Shown in pieces: positions 1 through 6,437 of a DNA stretch of 16,250 bases. Source of the stretch: Candidatus Iainarchaeum sp. (GTDB taxonomy: Archaea; Iainarchaeota; Iainarchaeia; Iainarchaeales; JAZDFD01); NCBI GenBank assembly GCA_043808155.1, contig JAZDFD010000004.1, positions 1 to 16,250 on the forward strand, read 5' to 3'. A model generated the notes under the pieces. It saw only the letters and a list, made by a program, of their open reading frames with translations, ran no database searches and had not been told where the DNA came from. Each line of letters begins with the position of its first letter. The first letter of the stretch is position 1. The position numbers were made by a program, and so were the translations under genes.

Positions 1-1
1 T

Positions 2-457
2 TTAGCTGAAAAAAGCTGTGACTTAGCAGGATTACTACTTGAACTTTCAGGAAAAGCGAAAAAAGGACAGGGTAAAAAAATTGCAACTGAAATTTTAGAA
101 TCAGGGAAAGCACTTAAAAAAATGAAAGAAATAATCAAAGCACAGGGCGGGAAGGTTTATGCCTCAAATGAAATAAAAGATGCAAAATACAAAGCAGTTA
201 TCAGAGCAAGTTGCGAAAGCGAGATATCAAAAATAAATATTAAAAAATGCATAAAAGCAGCACGTTTGGCAGGTGCGCCTGCAGATGCAAAAGCAGGGTT
301 AATGTTACATTCGGAAGAAGGGGACACTCTGAAAAAAGACGACATTATTTTTGTAATTTATGCAAGCAATCCGCGAAAATTAGAACTTGCAAAAAAATAC
401 ATTATAAAAGACTCGCCAATTGAATCGGAAGGCATTATTCTGGAAACCATTGTTTAA
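2..457 (+). CDS. AMP phosphorylase / thymidine phosphorylase family protein, C-terminal part (5' truncated by window)
   Basis: Frame is open from position 2: LAEKSCDLAGLLLELSGKAKKGQGKKIATEILESGKALKKMKEIIKAQGG...ARLAGAPADAKAGLMLH...IFVIYA. This matches the C-terminal domain of archaeal AMP phosphorylases (ILESGKA.KKM.EII.AQGG, AGAP.D..AG). The stop overlaps the convergent rsmA stop. Confidence 0.88.
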   Translation, partial: LAEKSCDLAGLLLELSGKAKKGQGKKIATEILESGKALKKMKEIIKAQGGKVYASNEIKDAKYKAVIRASCESEISKINIKKCIKAARLAGAPADAKAGLMLHSEEGDTLKKDDIIFVIYASNPRKLELAKKYIIKDSPIESEGIILETIV

Positions 458-1272
458 AACAAAGAATTGAATGTTTCTACAAATTTTTTAACTGAGATTT
501 TATTTACTTTTTCTTCGTTCAATTCAAGAGAATCAATTTTCTTTTTGAATTTGGCTTTTGTCAGTCCTAAATCTTTCTCAATAAACGGGAACACGTTCAT
601 CATTGCGTTTCCTAAATTTTTATTCTGAAATCTGAAAAGTGATTTCATAAATTTTTCAAATAATACTTCGTTTTTTACAGTTCCGAATCTTTTTTTCTTT
701 GTTAGTTTAATGACTGCAGAATGTGTTTTTGGTTTGGGAAAGAACGATTCATTAGATAGTGTTTTCAGAATTTCTGGTTCAGTATAATATTGTGTTAGTA
801 CACTTAGTGCATTATATTCCATATAACCTTCATGCGCAGTAAGTTTGTCAATGAATTCTTTCTGAAACACAAGGAATGCTTCTGAAAAATTCAAAGGAAG
901 TATTTTGTACATTATTTTTGAAGAAATTGTATAAGGGGGCAGTGAAATTATTTTTGTGAACTTGGGAATTTTAGAATCTAAAAAATTCCCTTTCTGCAAA
1001 TTTAATTTTTTATCAGTAATTTCAGTTTCCAAAAGGCGGCATAGATTGTCATCTAATTCATATGAAATTACTGAGCATTTTTCAAGAATTTTTTTTGTAA
1101 GAAATCCAGTGCCGGCACCAATTTCAAGAACAACATCATCAGGAGTGAGCTTTGCGCCCGTGATAAGTTGTTCTAAAAATTCATCATCAATTATGAAAAA
1201 CTGGGCCAGTTTCTTATTTGGCTTAAATCGGTATTTAATCATCAGATTCTGAAGTTCATTGAAAAGAGGCAT
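454..1272 (-). CDS. rsmA: 16S rRNA (adenine-N6,N6)-dimethyltransferase RsmA/KsgA/Dim1
   Basis: KPNKKLAQFF, VLEIGAGTG (SAM motif I), SLPPYTISS (NLPY-like motif IV), FQKEF, F.PKPK..S; canonical position after DUF655. Confidence 0.93.
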   Translation of the reverse strand: MPLFNELQNLMIKYRFKPNKKLAQFFIIDDEFLEQLITGAKLTPDDVVLEIGAGTGFLTKKILEKCSVISYELDDNLCRLLETEITDKKLNLQKGNFLDSKIPKFTKIISLPPYTISSKIMYKILPLNFSEAFLVFQKEFIDKLTAHEGYMEYNALSVLTQYYTEPEILKTLSNESFFPKPKTHSAVIKLTKKKRFGTVKNEVLFEKFMKSLFRFQNKNLGNAMMNVFPFIEKDLGLTKAKFKKKIDSLELNEEKVNKISVKKFVETFNSLF

Positions 1273-1274
1273 TG

Positions 1275-1832
1275 TTATCTCCTGAATTCTTTTGCAGGAG
1301 GTCTTGCAAATAGGTAATATTTCATATCTTCTTCTTCAATTTCTTCAAGTATTCTTTTTACAAGAATTGATTTTGGGTTTGGCACTAATGCAACTCTTTT
1401 ACTAATATCAGCATATGATTCAAAAGGTTTTTTCTCACGTGCGTCAAGAATGCTTTTAGTGTGTTTTTTGCCTAATCCGGGGAGTAACTCAAGCTGGTGT
1501 CTCCTGATTGTAATTGAACGTGCATTATTAAAAAAATCAAGGAATCTTTTTGTATCGTCTGCAACTATTTTCTCAACTGCTTTTTCTAATTCTGCAACTG
1601 CTGTTGAAGTTAGTTCTTTGTATGTGATTCTTTTCTTTATGTATTCTATATTTTGACGCTCATCTTTTCCAACATATATTTTATTCATTACCTGCAGAGG
1701 TGTTTTCGGCACTACTTCTAACAAAGTAAAGAAATCAATACCCAAAATCTGTGCAATTGGTTCTGCTTTGTAACTGTTTGGCTTGCCTTTTGGCAAGTAA
1801 TCCAGAACGTATGAATATTCTTCATTAGGCAT
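1275..1832 (-). CDS. DUF655 family putative RNA-binding (HhH) protein
   Basis: EEY.YVLDYLP.G, AQ.LG..FFTLLE, F..FFN.A..IT.R.HQLELLPGLGKK, PFESY.DI; conserved synteny between rpoF and rsmA in archaea. Confidence 0.92.
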   Translation of the reverse strand: MPNEEYSYVLDYLPKGKPNSYKAEPIAQILGIDFFTLLEVVPKTPLQVMNKIYVGKDERQNIEYIKKRITYKELTSTAVAELEKAVEKIVADDTKRFLDFFNNARSITIRRHQLELLPGLGKKHTKSILDAREKKPFESYADISKRVALVPNPKSILVKRILEEIEEEDMKYYLFARPPAKEFRR

Positions 1833-1863
1833 TTTAGAATCACCTTATACAAAATCTCCAGCT

Positions 1864-2205
1864 TTATTTACTTGCAGGCTTTTGGTTCGAGGTAATCTCG
1901 AGAATTTGTTTCTTTGCTTCATCACTGATAGTGTGTTTCTCAAGAAGCAAATCGAGAATGTTTTTGTCTGCAGGTACTATATCAATGATTTTTACTATCA
2001 GATCGTCTGTGAGCCCTTCGACGCTGCTTAAATCTTTGACAATTTTTTTGTATTTTGCATCTGTAAGTTTTGAAAATTTCTTAGCATACTTTAATGTAAG
2101 GTCCTGTTCGTAAGTAAGTTCTTTTTCTTTTTTTCTTTCAACAAGTAAGTCATCAACTTCTTTTAGTGATGCTGGTCTTTGTTCAAGAATTTTTTCACCA
2201 ATCAT
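1864..2205 (-). CDS. rpo4: DNA-directed RNA polymerase subunit Rpo4 (RpoF)
   Basis: MIGEKILEQRP.SL.EV..LL..R...ELTYEQ..TL.YAKKFSKL, KIIDIVP; directly downstream of rpl21e with an ATGA overlap. Confidence 0.92.
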   Translation of the reverse strand: MIGEKILEQRPASLKEVDDLLVERKKEKELTYEQDLTLKYAKKFSKLTDAKYKKIVKDLSSVEGLTDDLIVKIIDIVPADKNILDLLLEKHTISDEAKKQILEITSNQKPASK

Positions 2206-2534
2206 GCTGTCACCTTTGTGTTTTCTGCTTTTGTTTGCATTTTAAGAACTTTTAAATGTGCACCATTTACTAAACACATCTTTTTTGTCCTCCCTAATTT
2301 GAAAGAAACTTTGAAAGTGTGCGGTCCTTGTTTTCCGTCAACAGTTCCTACAAAACCCTGATATCTTGGGTTTGGGAAACCTGAGTGTACAGAGGGATCT
2401 ATGTTAATCTGTACTTTTTCCCCTTCGTCGAAAACACTCAATTGTTTATTGACAGTGAGCTTTTTCATTCCCTTTTTTCTTCTGAGCTTTTGTCTTGTTT
2501 TAGCTCTTTTACCTTTTGCTTTCTTACATGCCAT
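2202..2534 (-). CDS. rpl21e: 50S ribosomal protein L21e
   Basis: KGKRAKTRQKL, F..GEKV.I.IDPSVHSG.P..RYQG..GTV.G.QG, HLK motifs. Confidence 0.95.
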   Translation of the reverse strand: MACKKAKGKRAKTRQKLRRKKGMKKLTVNKQLSVFDEGEKVQINIDPSVHSGFPNPRYQGFVGTVDGKQGPHTFKVSFKLGRTKKMCLVNGAHLKVLKMQTKAENTKVTA

Positions 2535-2593
2535 TTTATCACTTTTTCAGATTTTACTCTACTCAAATCAATATTAATAGATAATTCTACAAA

Positions 2594-2609
2594 GAAAGGT
2601 TTATATAGG
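2594..2609. promoter_or_regulatory. TATA box (TTTATATA / TATATAAA), probable promoter of the rpl21e operon; readable in both directions
   Basis: GAAAGGTTTATATAGG about 65 nt upstream of the rpl21e start. Confidence 0.45.
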
Positions 2610-2782
2610 TTCACTGGAAGATTTTGGGTTTTCATAGCATGGGCCATATGCGGATTTCGGTTTTTGGGGCTTTGTCGAAACAGGTATTTAAACCTTTTGC
2701 TAAATACCCATCTCAACAGAAGATATTTCACTGGAAATCTACTCTAAGAACAGGGAATAATGAATATGTGATTACATAACAG

Positions 2783-2814
2783 TTATACAATAATAGTATA
2801 CTATCTTTGTATAA
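2783..2814. repeat. 32-bp near-perfect palindrome
   Basis: TTATACAA-TA-ATAGTA|TACTAT-CT-TTGTATAA; 14 of 16 pairs are complementary. Confidence 0.85.
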
Positions 2815-2894
2815 TCGTGGCTTTGCACAAAAAGGGTTTATTCTACAGACCAACCGTGTTCTGCATTAATCTACAAAGCCAGTGTTTTCACCCC

Positions 2895-2947
2895 TATATA
2901 AAGCCTTTATAAAGGTTACGAAATCCATTTATATTAGGTTTTTAAAT
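2895..2947 (+). promoter_or_regulatory. Cluster of TATA-like boxes upstream of tbp
   Basis: TATATAAA 2895-2902, palindromic CCTTTATAAAGG 2904-2915, TTTATATT 2928-2935, TTTTAAAT 2940-2947; a purine-rich SD-like GAGGGGATGGGG precedes ATG 2972. Confidence 0.45.
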
Positions 2948-2971
2948 AAAAAACTCAAGAGGGGATGGGGT

Positions 2972-3634
2972 ATGAAATATACTATTGTAAATCTTGTTGC
3001 ATCAGGGAACTTAAATGCAACTTTAGATTTGTATAACTTAGCAATAACAATACCAAATGTTGAATATGAACCTGAACAATTTCCAGGTGCGATACTGAAA
3101 CTTAAGGAACCTAAGGTTTCAATGCTTCTTTTCAAGAACGGAAAAGTTATTTGTTCTGGTGCGTCAAATGAAGAAGAAATTCAGCAGGGAATCAGAAAAG
3201 CATCAAAATTAATTCATGAAATTCAGCCATCTGTAAAAGTTCAGAGAAAGGTTGATTATGTTGTTGTAAATCTGGTTGCTACTGCAAATTTCAATATGAA
3301 TTTAGATTTGTTCCAGACTGCAATGAATCTTGACAATGTTGAATACGAACCTGAACAATTTCCAGGTGCGATTTTAAGATTAGATGATCCTAAGTTGACA
3401 CTTTTACTTTTCAAGAACGGAAAGGTAATCTGCGCAGGTGCAAAGAAAGAATCTTTACTGAGAAAAGGTCTGAAAGTTGCAGCTGAATTAGTTGGTGCAA
3501 CAAAACCATCAGAAAAGAAATCCGCAGTAAAGACAAAAAAAAGCACAGAGAAAGCAACAGTGAAGGAAAAACCAATTGCAGAGAAAGCAACTGTTAAAGT
3601 AAAAGCTGCTAAAACCACTGAAAAGAAGAACTAA
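2972..3634 (+). CDS. tbp: TATA-box-binding protein (220 aa) with Lys-rich C-terminal tail
   Basis: Two TBP repeats, each VNLVA...LDL...NVEYEPEQFPG...PK...LLF..GKVIC.GA. Start reassigned to ATG 2972, which has an SD-like sequence and begins the TBP fold. Confidence 0.95.
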   Translation: MKYTIVNLVASGNLNATLDLYNLAITIPNVEYEPEQFPGAILKLKEPKVSMLLFKNGKVICSGASNEEEIQQGIRKASKLIHEIQPSVKVQRKVDYVVVNLVATANFNMNLDLFQTAMNLDNVEYEPEQFPGAILRLDDPKLTLLLFKNGKVICAGAKKESLLRKGLKVAAELVGATKPSEKKSAVKTKKSTEKATVKEKPIAEKATVKVKAAKTTEKKN

Positions 3635-3637
3635 AAG

Positions 3638-3668
3638 CTTCTTTTTTCTCTTTTTTTATTTTCATTTT
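3638..3668 (+). terminator. Oligo-T archaeal terminator after tbp
   Basis: CTTCTTTTTTCTCTTTTTTTATTTTC directly after the stop codon. Confidence 0.55.
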
Positions 3669-3680
3669 AACGCAATAGAT

Positions 3681-3694
3681 AGCTTTTTAAAGCT
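3681..3694 (+). promoter_or_regulatory. TATA box for 5S rRNA
   Basis: TTTTTAAA at 3684-3691, about 23 nt before the predicted 5S 5' end. Confidence 0.5.
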
Positions 3695-3713
3695 TCTAAT
3701 GTGCAATATGTAC

Positions 3714-3831
3714 GATTAGCGATCACAGCGAAGGGGAAACACCTGGACTCATTCCGAACCCAGAAGTTAAGACCTTCAGCGATTTGGTTGGCACTGAGCT
3801 TTGCCTTGGAGCCGCCTTGACGTTGCTAATC
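3714..3831 (+). rRNA. rrf: 5S ribosomal RNA (stand-alone)
   Basis: Terminal helix GATTAGCGA/TTGCTAATC; helix II GCGAAGG/CCTTC-A-GC; ACACCTGGACTCATTCCGAACCCAGAAGTTAAG is the canonical 5S loop C signature; 118 nt; followed by a T-tract. Confidence 0.95.
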
Positions 3832-3833
3832 AC

Positions 3834-3855
3834 TTTTTTTCTCTTTTTTTGTTTT
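3834..3855 (+). terminator. Oligo-T terminator after 5S rRNA
   Basis: TTTTTTTCTCTTTTTTTGTTTT directly after the 5S 3' end. Confidence 0.6.
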
Positions 3856-3895
3856 AATGTTTTAGAAAAACTAAACAAAATTTCAGCTTTTTAAA

Positions 3896-4050
3896 AACCC
3901 AAAAACTTAACAGTTCTGAAACTTAACTTTGGTTTTAGTTGAAAGAAGGATTTTTTGGATTTTTAAATGTAATTTTTGACGATTAATTAGTTTTTTATTG
4001 ATTTGCGAGTATAAAAGTTTAATGTTCGAACTGTTAAGAAAACATGGGTT
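3896..4050. repeat. Long-range imperfect inverted repeat upstream of nrdD
   Basis: CTTAACAGTTC (3906-3916) is the exact reverse complement of GAACTGTTAAG (4028-4038); the flanks extend it imperfectly (AACCCA/TGGGTT, AACTTT/AAAGTT). Confidence 0.6.
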
Positions 4051-4053
4051 GGA

Positions 4054-4061
4054 TTTATAAA
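4054..4061 (+). promoter_or_regulatory. Probable TATA box of the nrdD operon
   Basis: TTTATAAA about 90 nt upstream of the nrdD ATG, flanked by two TGGGTTGG copies. Confidence 0.4.
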
Positions 4062-4152
4062 GGAAAGAAGAATTAGTGATACATTGGGTTGGTAAAGAAA
4101 TTAATTATTAAAAGGCTCATCAAAAGGAAAAAATCACAAAGGAGAGATATGT

Positions 4153-6201
4153 ATGTCGGCGAGTAACTTCAAATTTATCAGAAAAAGAGACAATACTTTA
4201 CTGCCATTTGACCAAAGCAAAATAACAAATGCAATCTGGAAAGCAGCACAGTCTGTTGGCGGAACTGACAGCAGAGTTGCAATGCAAATTTCAAGCAGAG
4301 TAGTGGAATATCTGAACGAAAGATTCACAGATAAGGATATTCCTGCAGTCGAAGACATCCAGGATGCAGTTGAAAAAGTATTAATTGAAGACGGACATGC
4401 AAAAACAGCAAAAGCATTCATACTTTACAGACAAAAACACAAAGAAATACGTGATGTCAAAGATTTGTTTGATGACCTTAGTTTGGTTGAGAATTATATC
4501 GGAGAAAAAGACTGGCGCGTAAAAGAGAACTCAAATATGACTTATTCATTGCAGGGGCTTAACTTCAATATTTCATCTGCAATTGTAGCAAGATATTGGT
4601 TGCAGAAAGTTTACAATAAAAAAATTGCTGACGCGCACAGAGAAGGCGATTTTCATGTTCATGATTTAGGAATATTAGGACCTTATTGTGTCGGCTGGGA
4701 TTTACAGGATTTATTAATGTCAGGTTTTGGTGGTGTACGTGGAAAAGTAGAATCAAAACCACCAAAACATTTACCAAGTGCATTAGGGCAATTAGTTAAT
4801 TTCTTTTTTACATTACAAGGGGAAGCTGCAGGTGCACAGGCATTTTCAAATTTTGATACTTATCTTGCACCGTTCATAAGACAGGATAATATGAGTTATG
4901 ATCAGGTTAAGCAGGCAATGCAGGCTTTTGTTTTCAATATTAATGTTCCGACACGTGTTGGTTTCCAGACACCGTTCACAAATATAACTTTGGATTTGAA
5001 AGTTCCTGATTTCATAAAAAATGATCCTGTGATTATGGGGGGAAAACCAACAAAGGATAATTACGGAGATTTTGAAGATGAAATGAGAATGTTCAACAAA
5101 GCATTTGCAGAAGTTATGATTGAAGGAGATGCAAAAGGAAGAATTTTTACATTCCCAATTCCAACTTATAACATTACAAAAGATTTTGACTGGGACAATG
5201 AAGATTACAATAAAATCTGGGAAATGACTGCAAAATACGGAATACCTTACTATTCAAATTTCGTAAATTCAGACATGAGTCCTGAGGATGCAAGAAGTAT
5301 GTGCTGCAGATTAAGATTAGACAACAGAGAACTTAGAAAAAGAGGCGGGGGCCTGTTTGGCGCAAATCCATTAACAGGTTCAGTTGGTGTTGTCACACTT
5401 AACATGCCAAGACTTGGTTATTTGTCAAAGAATGAAAATGAATTCTTTGAAAGAATAGATATGTTGATGGATATTGCAAGAGAATCGTTGCAAGTTAAAA
5501 GAAATATTTTAGAAAAATTCACAGAGCAGGGGTTATATCCTTATTCTGCATTCTTCTTAAGAAAAATAAAAGAAAGCGAAGGTGTGTACTGGAAAAATCA
5601 CTTTTCAACTATTGGTTTAGTTGGAATGAATGAGGCACTCCAAAATATGTTTGATATTTCAATCTCAGAACCAGAAGGAATTAAATTTGCAGTAAAAACA
5701 ATGAACCATATGAGAGACAAATTACAAGAGTATCAGGAAGATGACAGTGTAATGTACAATTTAGAAGCAACACCTGCAGAAGGAACTTCATACAGATTAG
5801 CTATGCTTGATAAACGAAAGTTCCCTGGTCTGAGAGTTGCAAATGAAACCACATACATGGATAAAAATGCAAGTCCATATTACACAAATTCAACACAGCT
5901 TCCTGTTGGTTTCACTGATGATATTTTTGAAGCACTGGAAAAACAAGATCAGTTACAGACACTCTATACTGGCGGAACAGTGTTACATGGTTTTGTTGGT
6001 GAGAAGCTTCCCTCAGCAGAAGCAACAAAAAAATTAGTAAGGAAAATTGCAGAAACTTATAATCTGCCATATTACACACTGACGCCGACATTTAGTATTT
6101 GTCCAAAGCATGGATATTTAGAAGGAGAACATGAGTACTGTCCAAAGTGTGATGCACTTCTGGCAAAAAATCAAAGCAATGCAAAAGCGGAGGTGAAATA
6201 A
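4153..6201 (+). CDS. nrdD: Anaerobic (class III) ribonucleoside-triphosphate reductase, catalytic barrel with N-terminal ATP cone; lacks the glycyl-radical segment
   Basis: ATP cone (IRKRD....FD..KI..AI.KA...VEDIQD.VE..L), DWRVKENSN, H.HDL, PYCVGW, FTFPIPTYN, finger loop SMCCRL, NLEATPAEGTSYRLA, YYTNS, YTGGTVLH, metal site CPKHG...CPKC; no R..GY motif. Confidence 0.95.
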   Translation: MSASNFKFIRKRDNTLLPFDQSKITNAIWKAAQSVGGTDSRVAMQISSRVVEYLNERFTDKDIPAVEDIQDAVEKVLIEDGHAKTAKAFILYRQKHKEIRDVKDLFDDLSLVENYIGEKDWRVKENSNMTYSLQGLNFNISSAIVARYWLQKVYNKKIADAHREGDFHVHDLGILGPYCVGWDLQDLLMSGFGGVRGKVESKPPKHLPSALGQLVNFFFTLQGEAAGAQAFSNFDTYLAPFIRQDNMSYDQVKQAMQAFVFNINVPTRVGFQTPFTNITLDLKVPDFIKNDPVIMGGKPTKDNYGDFEDEMRMFNKAFAEVMIEGDAKGRIFTFPIPTYNITKDFDWDNEDYNKIWEMTAKYGIPYYSNFVNSDMSPEDARSMCCRLRLDNRELRKRGGGLFGANPLTGSVGVVTLNMPRLGYLSKNENEFFERIDMLMDIARESLQVKRNILEKFTEQGLYPYSAFFLRKIKESEGVYWKNHFSTIGLVGMNEALQNMFDISISEPEGIKFAVKTMNHMRDKLQEYQEDDSVMYNLEATPAEGTSYRLAMLDKRKFPGLRVANETTYMDKNASPYYTNSTQLPVGFTDDIFEALEKQDQLQTLYTGGTVLHGFVGEKLPSAEATKKLVRKIAETYNLPYYTLTPTFSICPKHGYLEGEHEYCPKCDALLAKNQSNAKAEVK

Positions 6202-6392
6202 TGAGTGAAGAAGTAAAAACACAAAACGAAAAAATAAACAACTCAGACAGAACAAAATGCGAAGTATACAGCAGAGTGGTTGGTTACCTGAGACCAGTTG
6301 ACCAATGGAACACAGGTAAAAGAGCAGAATTTAAAGACAGAAAAACGTTTGATAAAATATTGGAAAGTGAAAAACTTTCAACAAAATGCTGA
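6201..6392 (+). CDS. Stand-alone NrdD C-terminal glycyl-radical peptide (63 aa)
   Basis: CEVYSRVVGYLRPVDQWNTGKRAEFKDR is the NrdD glycyl-radical signature (Gly28); own SD GGAGGTGA at 6189-6196; TAATG stop/start overlap with nrdD. Confidence 0.9.
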   Translation: MSEEVKTQNEKINNSDRTKCEVYSRVVGYLRPVDQWNTGKRAEFKDRKTFDKILESEKLSTKC

Positions 6393-6437
6393 AATGCATG
6401 TGATTTGAAATAAAAATAACAAAAAGTGTGATTTGAA

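Noticed and set aside
2385-2780. ORFs 2385-2747 (+), 2465-2731 (-) and a 46-codon ORF from ATG 2639 (+)
   Set aside because: The first two overlap rpl21e or its promoter; none has a recognisable motif or convincing SD.
2768-2795. Xer/dif site
   Set aside because: The ATAA...TTAT inner arms are separated by 3 nt, not the 6-nt spacer of dif sites.
2620-2890. RNase P RNA, SRP RNA, tRNA or C/D sRNA in the intergenic gap
   Set aside because: No GAGGAAAGUCC, SRP helix-8, TTCGA T-loop cloverleaf or RUGAUGA box found on either strand by eye.
2882-2971. 30-aa N-terminal extension of TBP from GTG 2882 in the ORF track
   Set aside because: It runs through TATA-like boxes and the SD; the TBP fold begins at ATG 2972.
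6181-6210. nrdD as a pseudogene, or a programmed frameshift at the junction
   Set aside because: A strong SD, the TAATG coupling, intact catalytic motifs in both parts and the lack of an obvious slippery site with a downstream structure favour two real genes. Read-level confirmation is still needed.
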